A DNA stretch of 63,658 nucleotides, the filler included, from Octopus bimaculoides (lineage: Eukaryota), in NCBI RefSeq assembly GCF_001194135.2. It is 5 parts of 4 records of this genome, joined end to end, with 100 filler letters (N's around TTAATTAATTAA, not from the genome) between each part and the next. Parts side by side here need not be neighbours in the genome. Positions count along the whole stretch, not along the records: positions 11,271 to 29,815 come from NC_068989.1; positions 29,916 to 48,225 come from NC_068985.1; 3 more parts are not named here. One strand, 5' to 3'. Below the pieces are notes generated by a model. It was not told the origin of the DNA. It was given only the letters and a program-made list of their open reading frames with translations, and made no database searches. Below, in pieces: positions 25,701-35,320 of this stretch (position 1 is its first letter; every line of letters starts with the position of its first letter). The position numbers were made by a program, and so were the translations under genes.

Positions 25701-28700
25701 ACAACAACAACAACAAGTAATTTTAAGTGGATACAAGCAAATCTATTCATTCAGTCAAATTTTCTCCCAAGGTATGGCGAATGTATATTTTACCTCTACT
25801 TTGAGGAATTTGAAGGGAAATCTGACTTTAACACTATAGCAACAAATGAGGAATCAGTCTGGAATGGTATTGTCTCTACTTCTTTGATTCTTACTATTGA
25901 GACATCATTACGCGAGTAGAGACCAACAAAGGAACCTTAATATGATTACTTGACCAGCTGCAAATAATATGCAAATCCCCATCAACTTTACCCCTACTAT
26001 CTGAAAAAAATGTCACACCCAGGAAAATGTGGACACAGATACCCACCTCCAGAAGACCAGCTGCTCATAGCTGGAGCTTCTATATTTTAATTTATAGTAA
26101 TTATATGTCACAATTGGTGAACAATAGTGTCATTGTTTACAAGTTGTTAATGAGCTAATCCCTAGTTCATTGAATTTCTGACAGTGAGTGAGTAAAGGAG
26201 TATGTGAAACTCAGTGCAGAACAACTATCACAAATTTTCTAAAGCAATTGGTATGCTATGTTTTCTGACTAATTTTTACACTCTGTCTGATGCTCTCACA
26301 ACTGTGACAAGTCAAATTGGCTGAGTCATTACAATAGTAAGCAGAATACTTGGCAACATTTGCTCAAGCTCTCTCTCTCTCTCTGCTCCTATTTCAAATC
26401 CTGTTAATAAATAAAGCAGTCCTCCTTTGCTAGAATTGATTTCTCTCTCACTTTATAGAAGAAATTGTCTGTAATTATACCAGAATAGAAATGGGCTTTA
26501 AGGGTTTAGATACCCAAGGTATGTTAAACAAGGCACTGCTCAATCCAAGGTTATGGCCAAAGACCATAGGTTCTAGTTAATTACAGGTGATTGAAGTGAG
26601 AACCACAGGATTGCAATCTGAACTTCTTAACAACCCTACAATCACTTTTGATCACAGGTCTAGTTGATCAAATTTGATCTGGAACTGAACAACAAAACCA
26701 ATACTTCTGTTATAATGAGTTTGGTTAAAAGACTTTATGAAATGAAATTTGCAAGAAAGATGATAACTTAGTAATCTTCCACTTATAATATGTACGCTTC
26801 AAGTCTAACCAAAACCTTTTCTAGGTAAGTTCTCCACTGCTTCATGGTACCACCTAGTGTGTGCATTTTCCTTACTAAGCGAGGCTGAGATATTCAGTTT
26901 CTAAAGACAGTTATTTAAATTCTATAGCTAGAAATAATCTGCCCCTCCCCACTTCATTTTGGGTAGAATTACAGGAAATTGGATCACTGCAGCATGAAAT
27001 TCAGAAAGTAAAATATAACTTAGAAGAATATAACCAAAGAAAAAGTAAGAAAGTAGAAATGACAATCTCTAAATATGAAGTTATGGCAACAAGAAGACTG
27101 GTAGCATCGAAATGCACCAATGTATGTTGCAGCTTGCTAATCATTAGTGTTAAGATTAGCTTCTTATTTTGCCAGTCAGTTGTTTATCTTAAATCTATTC
27201 ATCATTGGATTAATTATACAGACTCATAATATGCAGTAATTTAAAGCTACAACATTTATTTTGCAAGTGTTAAATGTAGAACAGCTACGCTTGTTGTATA
27301 AATGCTGTTGATGCATTATAAGACAACGTTTAAATTAATCCTCTCTCATACAGTAATATTCAGAGCTTACAGAAGATCACAGATGAAATATTGTCTGTAC
27401 TACTTCTAGGTGATTACAGATTATAGATTATAAAGAATGTCATTGTATTTATACTTGAAAATCATTTCAGCTTTTGAAAAGTTTGCTAATACAATTTAGT
27501 CCTCGTTATACAATTGTTGAAATATCAAAACCATAAAAGACTGTTTTCACTTACCAAAGTTCTCCTGAAAAGGAAAACCAAAATCCAATTTATAGGCAAA
27601 GTAATAATACAGGTGCAGAAACCAACGGCAATAGACTGCCAAGACACATCAAGGAGACCAAACTCGCCTCGATACTGAAAGTTAAAAATTGAAGATGATG
27701 TTTAGCCATTAGAATTAAGTAGAAGCTATCTTGTGTTTTCTTCACTAAGTTGTTTTTTTCTTTTCTTTTACTGTTTTACATGCTTATTTTTTTTATTCAG
27801 TGAATCAAACTTGAGCTGATCCCTTGTTTTTACATCCCTTGTTTTCATTGCCAAGTATCAGCACACTTAACACAGACACATGCATTAATTAATAAAGTAT
27901 ATCATATAATTGCTCTTGTTATCAATTAAAGCAATTATTTTTTTAATTTCTCCCCACATGAAGTGAAATTTTTTCAAAAGATAAACAAAAACACTCTACC
28001 TCTTTCGACACAAAATGGTACCACAAAGCATTCAAGGACAGGTAACTCATGAGTAATGTCAAGCAAACAGACACTCTCTGTGCTCTGGTGAATCGACTGT
28101 GTGGTGGCTTAGTTATGATTGATGTCCACAAATGGTAATCAGCAATGTATTGAGCACCTTTAGCAAAGAATATCTACAACAGACAAAAGAAGTTTATTAC
28201 AAGAGAAAAACTGTAACTTATCAATTGAATTTATCCTCTTATATTTGTGGCAAGAAACAGAAAATAGTGGAGGATAAAATTCATTTTGTGCAGTATTTAA
28301 ACATGGGCCAAAGAAGAATGAAATTAAATACTACAATATAACACAATTATTTTTATCTAACATTAGTAAAATGGGCCAATGAGATTAAATAACACTAGTT
28401 TTGTCTCAGAGGAAGACAAGGAAATGTAATGCTAAAAATCAATGTTTATCATCCTATATAAGGAAGCGAGTTTTCCTTATTTACTTACTACAGAACTTTT
28501 GAGTTCCTTCAAAAACCCCTGTTTAAATATATCACAAATTCTTATTAACCATGCTGAATCTTCAGATTGGCAAGGACTTGGAACAAAGTGAAAATAGTAT
28601 TTTGCAGGACTCAACATAAAGAGAAGAACAACAAAAAATGTTACATTTTAGACAACTTACTGTATTAAATCCAACATTATCTTTTGCAGCCCACAGCTCC

Positions 28701-29105
28701 CGTTCAACTCTGCCATCATCTTTGCTCACAGAAAACCAACGTTCACTAATGAAATAATATGTCTGACCTACAAAATAACAATAATGATTTCTTACATGGC
28801 CACAGATTTATTGCTGAAAACAAATGATATAGCATGGCCTTACTACATCTTTATAGTTCACTTGATCTGTTAGAAATTACAACCAAATCATACCATCTTG
28901 AGAATAAAGAAGGACTCAATAAATAATGCCATTCTAGATATGGTATGTCTTGTAAGTAAAGTGAAATTAACTACATTGCTTTTTGTCGAGATAAAGTAAA
29001 ATAAACTTTCAGTTCAAAATCGGACATTTCATTCTTAACGACCTGACGTATATATATAGATGGATACACACACACAAACATGGAGAGATGTGGGGGTATA
29101 GATAG

Positions 29106-29173
<68 letters not shown>

Positions 29174-29302
29174 GAACATCAGAACTACTAACCTGAGTTT
29201 AAGTCATCTAAAATGACTCGGCTTAAGAACCAACTGGGAGAAGTTCCTGAGTTGTTATGCCAAAGTTGAATCTTCTGCAATTTGCCAATGCTGTCGGGTA
29301 AT
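12036..29302 (-). CDS. PKD1L1: Partial multi-exon polycystin-1 family gene (PKD1L1-like): PLAT C-half, TM segments, cytoplasmic loop, TOP domain; 5' and 3' parts missing
   Basis: 14 hand-spliced exons with GT-AG boundaries and open frames; phases chain except after 13448. Motifs recalled from human PKD1/PKD1L1: IQLWHNNSGTSPSWFLSRV (PLAT), HLWTSIITKPPHSRFTRAQR, RFGHTKCMMWLQSVYFSLTTCVFITHPL, EFAARQRSRHLRFSRPP, VEFTLYNPPTNLF. Family call is strong; PKD1L1 rather than PKD1 is from remembered motif similarity. Confidence 0.85.
12819..12908 (-). CDS. Tentative exon (KDNFPTLWEPLRMSSFDVGIKLKLLQVDT)
   Basis: aatctatag|AAAAG...CCTG|gtggga; 90 bp, phase 2 to 2 as required between 13448 and 12149; weak donor. 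Confidence 0.3.
13448..13629 (-). CDS. PKD1L1: PKD1L1-like exon (TYIADGSSYLLGKVHIRNVQHTQKGCQLRNNLWPVLCEDS...KLSRQR)
   Basis: ttctgacacag|ACT...CAAAG|gtgaga; 182 bp, phase 0 to 2; YLLG...IR motif and paired Cys of the TOP domain. Confidence 0.85.
14674..14800 (-). CDS. PKD1L1: PKD1L1-like exon (SGNQQFLGIKNVDQWWEWLQTSFLDQMYWDPWYNRDSNNLDM)
   Basis: tgcatctag|GTCA...ATG|gtaagt; 127 bp, phase 2 to 0; F..I.....WW.W....L...Y.WY TOP-domain motif. Confidence 0.92.
15133..16100 (+). mobile_element. Internally deleted RTE LINE (5' APE start joined to RT C-terminus and 3' tail)
   Basis: GSLCGRGTEVCEELRKRRVDVCCVQ joined to RLGWVKFRECGALLY; then RWYGHVLRRDEGHVLRR and a GAT-rich tail. Confidence 0.75.
16290..16400 (-). 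CDS. PKD1L1: PKD1L1-like exon (DAAMLGLMIGVLCVMAFGKSSHSSFMFNESLKNIFLR)
   Basis: cttttcaatag|AGAT...CTACG|gtaagt; 111 bp, phase 2 to 2; first TM of the channel-like region. Confidence 0.88.
17640..17970 (+). mobile_element. R4/Dong-like C-terminal fragment (CCHC knuckle and RLE region)
   Basis: CRLCKSKEERVTHIVSECSMVAQKEYKKRHD then HWELCRKLGF..DKWHEDEP. Confidence 0.7.
18056..18174 (-). CDS. PKD1L1: PKD1L1-like exon (EFAARQRSRHLRFSRPPQKKQLLSSSKKSIKERKSYSFFR)
   Basis: tttctcacag|GAA...TTCAG|gtaaaa; 119 bp, phase 0 to 2; resembles recalled PKD1L1 ARRRARHLRWAHPP. Confidence 0.9.
18245..18700 (+). mobile_element. Near full-length SINE family A with central microsatellite
   Basis: Head GGCTGTGTGGTAAG...GGTTCAGTCCC, central (GT/GTCT)n, conserved tail. 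Other copies 29344-29506(+), 30370-30730(+), 38290-38359(+), 44188-44512(-), 50745-50867(+), 61520-61690(-). Confidence 0.8.
19600..19737 (-). CDS. PKD1L1: PKD1L1-like exon (VFILTVYNAYNYRSNPAIFDHYDDGFYGEKPEYKKRKQPVCCEECK)
   Basis: ccattcag|GTC...AAG|gtaaag; 138 bp, phase 0 to 0. Confidence 0.85.
20022..20106 (-). CDS. PKD1L1: PKD1L1-like exon (FGHTKCMMWLQSVYFSLTTCVFITHPLC)
   Basis: tttctttctag|ATTT...TGT|gtaagt; 85 bp, phase 2 to 0; resembles recalled PKD1L1 RFGQEQCVQWL...CIFITQPL. Confidence 0.9.
22239..22407 (-). CDS. PKD1L1: PKD1L1-like exon (DFSLQKIKLLQKSEGSNVSRRQSKRLFLPVYCRWIDYGLCLLLTLLCAAVVMFFGLR)
   Basis: aaacag|AC...TTAG|gtaaga; 169 bp, phase 1 to 2; LP..C motif then TM helix; acceptor position ambiguous. 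Confidence 0.85.
22727..23018 (-). mobile_element. SINE family E with internal ~55-bp tandem units and (GAT)n tail
   Basis: Shares TGCCAGTACCGCCTGACTGGCC units with the forward copy at 48058-48225. Confidence 0.65.
23020..23623 (+). mobile_element. Mariner-derived fold-back MITE with long inverted arms
   Basis: Mariner-type end ACGAGGTCTGATCAATAAGT; transposase remnant VYEWFRRFQDGR; 23104-23223 inverted at 23504-23623. Confidence 0.75.
23884..24036 (-). CDS. PKD1L1: PKD1L1-like loop exon (DISENDEADQVSSGFEDFNSQYHRSMLSADLLNMNTKLDLDSDQSNDLLNK)
   Basis: tttctctttcatag|AT...AAAG|gtaaga; 153 bp open, phase 1 to 1, matches neighbours. Confidence 0.75.
25327..25606 (-). CDS. PKD1L1: PKD1L1-like acidic cytoplasmic-loop exon (IPYPGLEEDEDYEDG...TLQNLQEWACRKWKK...TQEKT)
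   Basis: tgtttgcag|ATC...ACTG|gtaaaa; 280 bp open, phase 0 to 1; GC content higher than flanks. Confidence 0.75.
25895..25935 (-). CDS. Tentative microexon (GSFVGLYSRNDVSI)
   Basis: attaag|GTTCC...ATA|gtaaga; 41 bp, phase 1 to 0; restores frame only together with 26810-26900. Confidence 0.3.
26810..26900 (-). CDS. Tentative loop exon (KLNISASLSKENAHTRWYHEAVENLPRKGF)
   Basis: ctgtctttag|AAA...TTTG|gttaga; 91 bp open, phase 0 to 1; no homology recognised, supported only by splice signals and phase. Confidence 0.35.
27555..27674 (-). CDS. PKD1L1: PKD1L1-like exon (YRGEFGLLDVSWQSIAVGFCTCIITLPINWILVFLFRRTL)
   Basis: ctttcag|TAT...TTG|gtaagt; 120 bp, phase 0 to 0; TM helix ending in FLFR as in PKD1-family proteins. 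Confidence 0.9.
28000..28173 (-). CDS. PKD1L1: PKD1L1-like exon (IFFAKGAQYIADYHLWTSIITKPPHSRFTRAQRVSVCLTLLMSYLSLNALWYHFVSKE)
   Basis: gttgtag|ATA...GAG|gtagag; 174 bp, phase 0 to 0; HLW.S...P..SRFTR.QR polycystin motif followed by a TM helix. Confidence 0.92.
28661..28767 (-). CDS. PKD1L1: PKD1L1-like exon, PLAT end (GQTYYFISERWFSVSKDDGRVERELWAAKDNVGFNT)
   Basis: ttttgtag|GTCAG...ACA|gtaagt; 107 bp, phase 1 to 0; fits the YF...WLSV..DDG.VER pattern. Confidence 0.9.
29193..29302 (-). CDS. PKD1L1: PKD1L1-like exon, PLAT domain (LPDSIGKLQKIQLWHNNSGTSPSWFLSRVILDDLNS)
   Basis: tttgcag|ATTACCC...CTCAG|gttagt; 110 bp, phase 2 to 1; polycystin PLAT signature. Confidence 0.9.
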
Positions 29303-29505
29303 CTGCAAATAGAGAAAACGAAAACACACATATGTATATGAAGAGGTGCAGGTGTGGCTGTGTAGTTGACAAATTCATTTTCCAATCATGTGGTTTCAGG
29401 TCCAGTCCTACTGGATAGCACCTTAGGCAAGGGTCTTCTACTACAGCCCCAAACTGACAAAAGCCTTGTGAATGGATTTGGTAGACAGAAACTGAAAGAA
29501 TCCTG

Positions 29506-29538
<33 letters not shown>

Positions 29539-29540
<2 letters not shown>

Positions 29541-29815
29541 CCCCCTATTATTTACCATAGTCCTCCAGGCAATCACAGAGGAGTTCAAGACAGGTTGCCC
29601 CTGGGAGCTCCTCTATGCTGATGACCTTGCCCTAATTGCGGAGTCACTATCAGAACTAGAGGAGAAGTTTCAGGTGTGGAAGCAAGGTCTAGAATTGAAG
29701 GGCCTTAGAGTCAACCTAGCTAAAACCAAAATCCTAATAAGTAGGAAGGTAGATAAAACACAAACCCCTTCAGGTAGATGGCCCTGCTCAGTATGTAGAA
29801 AAGGAGTAGGTAGTA
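29539..29815 (+). mobile_element. RTE LINE RT-core fragment, cut by scaffold end
   Basis: Open frame SPLLFTIVLQAITEEFKTGCPWELLYADDLALIAES...WPCSVCRKGVGS. Confidence 0.9.
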
Positions 29816-29915
29816 NNNNNNNNNNNNNNNNNNNNNNNNNNNNNNNNNNNNNNNNNNNNTTAATTAATTAANNNNNNNNNNNNNNNNNNNNNNNNNNNNN
29901 NNNNNNNNNNNNNNN
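29816..29915. other. Artificial scaffold-join spacer
   Basis: N44-TTAATTAATTAA-N44. Confidence 0.9.
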
Positions 29916-29976
<61 letters not shown>

Positions 29977-30148
29977 CGCTTGAAAACCTTCTGGAGAGCA
30001 TTATTGTTTCACTTGCGTATCAGAATCGCACTCCTATTTCTCCCTCTCACAGACATTCTATTCATTTTTCCCAGTTTCCCCATAACTGATTATCTTTCCC
30101 ACTCACTCCTCTGTACGTTAATGTTTCTATCTTTTGCCACATCTAACA

Positions 30149-30209
<61 letters not shown>

Positions 30210-33200
30210 CTATGCACTTTATACGTTCACATTTCTCACCTGTTCGCCATTAAGTGTCATCCATATGCAACGTAGACACTTACAACAAAGGTTGTACTGT
30301 CTCCATAACCAGAGACCAATGGCGTTCAGTGGTATCATCTCCAGCTAATCTTTTAATACCATACACTGTATAATAAGAAACTTGCCTGTCAACCACATGG
30401 GACCAGGTTCAGTCCCACTGCGTTGCACATTGGGCAAGTGTTTTCTACTGTAATCTTGTGCCGACCAAAACCTTATGAATGGATTTGGTTGACGGAAACG
30501 GTATGTATGTACGTATATGTGTGTGTGTTTATATCTATGTTTGCCCCCACCACCGGTGTTGGTGCGTTTACGTCCCATTAACTTAGCATCTCGGTAAAGA
30601 GACCGGTTGAATAAGTACCAGGCTTATGAGAAATAAGTCCTATGATCCGTTTGTTCGACTAAAACCCTTCAGAGTGATGCCCCAGGATGGCTACAGACAA
30701 ATGACTGAAACAAGGAAAGAAAATTAAAAGAATATCTGTTACAATCGTTGTTTTGTATGAACATTGTGTAACTAAAGCCTCCAATCTCTCTACAAATGCT
30801 ACATTTTTTTATTTTATCATCCTTGTGATGACAGTTGCATCTTATTTTGAAAGATAGCATACGAGTGTGTCTTTGTTTAAGATAGCAGAGTATGTTTAAC
30901 ATTCTGGCAGCTATTTCTAGCTTCCATAGCTCCCACTCAGAGACTCTTTCAATAGCATCAATAATGTAATGCTTAACACAATTTCTGATTCTTTTCTATA
31001 GTGCCTTTATATATAAGAGCTGTCTAAAATTGCGTCTCAATGACTAGCGTCAGAAAAATCTTCAACTGTGATTATTGCTGACCATATTACAAAACTCTAG
31101 TAAGACCCACCAGCTGTCTGGAACAGTGCTGATGCTGAAGTTATTACTATTGATGCTGCTGCTACTACGCAAGCAAACATCCGACGAACTGTTCAGCTTT
31201 TATAAGTGACTTATCATAGATATTTATTGATCTTCAAGATGTCTTTTTGTTTATCGATTGTTTTGTCAAAGATTCACTCACTCGTGTGCCTCAACCTCTC
31301 TAGCTCAAAGATACATTGTTTTCCCGTTCGGCTTTTCTATAGCTATCAAAGTAATATCTGACTTCAATTGATGTCACTGTTCCTCTCTTCATTTCTCCCA
31401 ACAAGCATTTCGCCCAGACTTACCTACAACTTGCTTTCGTTACACTGTTTGGAAAAGATCCTTTTAGAAGGAAAAAGGTTAAATTTAGACAAAGACATGA
31501 GATAGTTCTAAGGTGCAGCGTTCCAGGATGAGAAGAGAATGCTAGAAGTGATCGACTTGTTGCATTTGAAGCGAACAACGAAGTTTTCAAATTCGGTGAA
31601 GAAGAAAACGGATATAGTTTTGATAGGCATTATCACGCAAGGAAGCTCAAACAGTAGTAATTACGTTAGCCAGTAGCAATATGATGGAATAACGTTAAAC
31701 CAACATATAGTAATATAGTTTATTAATGATCGATAGCAAAGAAGAGGTTATTATCAGAATAAAATTCAACTAAAATTACACAGATTAAGTAAGGCCTCCC
31801 TACTACCAAATTGTAGATGAGCAGGAATTATGGATGTGGGTATTCTGAAAATAGAATCCAGTATTAGTTAAGCGGTGCAATGACGTCAGACCGCAATAAT
31901 TTCACAGCTCTTAGCTTGGTTATTTTACAGCGTAATAACTGCAATATTCCAACGGTCTCATGAATGAACCTCCTTTTGAAAATAATGAACTTGTAATAGG
32001 CTACAACAGCCACTAACACTCATAAAATATACAACGTTAGAAGCTTATTGCCAGTAAAATACAGAAAGGAACACTATGTCAGTACTCTTCGCAGTAATTC
32101 CATACTTGGGGTAGAGAAAACTGTCTGTTACCAAATGAAATTTCTGTGTCTTTAAAGAAATCCATAGTATATGAGGAGAGTGATGAATGACTGATTCAAA
32201 ATTTTTCACTACACCTAGTTTTTAATTTTATGTAAAGTATTATTCCCATAATCACTCATGACCATTAAATTACAAATTCTGAGGTTTTGTCTTCGAAACC
32301 AGGAAATAACACAACGAATTGCCAATCGGGTGATACACCCATAACTAATAAATTACTAGGACGTCACAGCTGTCTTGCTGAAAGTGCGAGGAATAAAGAG
32401 GAACATAACCACCCCCTAGTTCACAGTACACAAATATCGCAATTTTAATACAGTAAACTACATATTTTACATTTCTAAACACAATGATGCATATGTTTCA
32501 CTATTATACGCAACAATACATATATTTACCTACTGTTTTCCAACAATAAACATATTATGCAGGTGTAATATACATTTCCCATTCTTGTTAAGAATATACA
32601 TATTTCCGAAATATATTTTAAATTAAAGAACATCTTTTATAGTTCCAACAAAGCAATAAATATATTTAATTTTGTAGTCAAGGAAAACATATTCTGCACC
32701 AAAATACACATACTCAATGTTGAAATATTGCAATATATAGCAGAGAATTCTTTCAGAATAGTTGCTCATATTCCGCTGTAACATATTTTCCATAGATAAC
32801 ATTAATACAGTAATATATATTCTATATATTTAACAGTTGTAATACAATAAAACGTACGCCTCGCAGTTGTAACGCAACAATGAACAAATTTTATAGCTCT
32901 AACATAACTATAGACATATTTCACTATTCTATCACATATATTAAAATGTTGATATTTTTTAATATAACAATATATCTATTTCGCAGTTCCACTACATAAT
33001 AATATACATGTTTCCTATTTCTGATACAAGAATATGCGCAACCAACACAAATAATAATGCAAAACAGATATGGTTTCAACAAATTAGTATCCTATTTGTT
33101 CGATGAAACTCGTATTGTTTACTTAATTCTTAGGTATACTCAGCCTTTTGCTGTTTGTGACAAAGATGGTCCTCTGAATTATAAATACTTTCCAACTTCT

Positions 33201-35262
33201 GCAGATACAGCATTGATTTTCCAGAACCTTTGGTTCCAAAGCCTTTCCAGAATTCTGACTTCTCCGAAATAGTGATGGTCATCTTGGTCAACATACTCTA
33301 AATCAAACTTTAAATTTACTTAAATAATGAAATGAAATACAGGTACTGGTACATTAGTGTCATTTAGTGCGGATTATAAGAAGTTCCGGACTATCTGGAG
33401 GGTTGTGTTGTACTTGTATTATAGTGTAATAAACTGAGTAATGATTAAACTAGAATTTTCCAAGTAGGGTTTCACATGATTCCACGCGAAAAACTAACAA
33501 ATAGATTATTTCCAATAAGATTTTCAGTTACTTTTCTTGATTTGTAATTTTATTTTAAAGATAAGACTGATTCCTTGTCGTTAGGAAACGCTGACATCTG
33601 CATGTAGGGAAACGTAAGAAAAGGAGCACATAAAACGGAACTGTAGAAGAGTTTGTTTAGTTCAAACATGGTCTTGATTAAAACAGCAAATTTTTTTAAG
33701 CTCTTTGTGTTGCATGTATTAGATTTAGCACTGTCAACCCCTTCAAAGATCGTTTTATGATTTGGTTAATCTGTTATGAAAGTGAAAGAAAAACGATTAA
33801 CAAATATATTCAATAGTTTACCCCAGACATGAAAATTTATTTGAAGAGTTCCTTAATACTAAGATGCTTGGGAAGTACTGCCATAGATACTTTTGCTTTT
33901 TAACGTTTTAAGAACGGAGGTACAGTTCTTTCTCTTGAATGTGGATGAGACACTGTAGATATCCTGTGTGTAATTAAATACCGCACAGCCATATATTTTG
34001 CTTGCATGTCAGAGGTTTGGACCGTCAAAAAATGATCAATGTTTTAATCTGCAAACATGAAAACATATATCAGAGATAAAATATACTTAACTCAAACAAT
34101 ATCACAACATACCTGTACAACTTCAGAATATACCGAAGCTTCACGACATATACATTAGTAAACAAGACAATCTTCAACTCGACTTCGAATAGTGAAAACG
34201 GTGGCAGTAGTTTGGAATTTCCTCCTTGAATATTCTTTTCCCATAACTACTGGCTTGTAACTATTCAAAAGGAGCGTTAAACATTGGATCTCAGCAGTCT
34301 CGCATTGCCTGAAAAGTCCATATGTGTAGCTCATTACTCTAGAGTCTACAGTCTAGAGTCTAGACCTATAGTATTCAAACCTTTGCAGTTCACCAGTCCC
34401 TTTCACCGAATAACGTTTTACAAACGCCTCTTCACTGCGTCTTGCACGAACCTGAAGCACGTTATTGTAATCAAACAGAAGCTAATTTTGCCTAATGCCT
34501 TATTATTCATATTTCCTACATTTTATTCCCTCTTTTAGATGTATACGTGGATTAATGCCGGCGTGTTGAATTTATATGAAAATTACCAAAGAAGGCGGCA
34601 ATTTATATGATGAAATTACGTTAGACCTTGGCGCAGCGTTAAACGTGTTTCATCTAACTGAAAACTTGCTACACATATTCTAATACTGACAAAGAATTTT
34701 TAATGCTATTTTTAAAAAATATAAATACTGTACCTGATTTAAATATTATATTTCAAAGAAAAGGATGAAGCCATCTAAACGCCCAATGACCATCATAGCA
34801 TTCCTTTCAGAGGGAAGGCTCAATTATGACCTTACAAAGTAGCGAAAGAAGTGCTTCCGACAAGGGTAAGAATCACTGTTGTTTAAAAGTTATGGGTTCA
34901 AACTATTTGACAAGCTTCCAAGTAGTTTTCATTTACTCACTTCGACATTTACGCCCAGTTGGTCTCAGTTAAGTTGGTCGGCAAGGGATTTCGAACAAAA
35001 AGAATTTTGACTTTGAAGCAAACTTCGAAACAATTCGGCCATGTTTGCACCGATACACATCTGATATAGCAGCACAAACATTTAATCGTTCTAACACAGC
35101 AATACATCACAATTTCTCGCTGAATGTATTCATTTATCTATGGATTCCCTTATTTATTTATTTGCTTTGGTTACGCCATATTTTGACAAATAACATTTAA
35201 GGTAAAGCAAAACTCTTTAAGTTTTTGTCAAAATAGCATAGCTGCGAATACAAATAAATACA

Positions 35263-35320
<58 letters not shown>

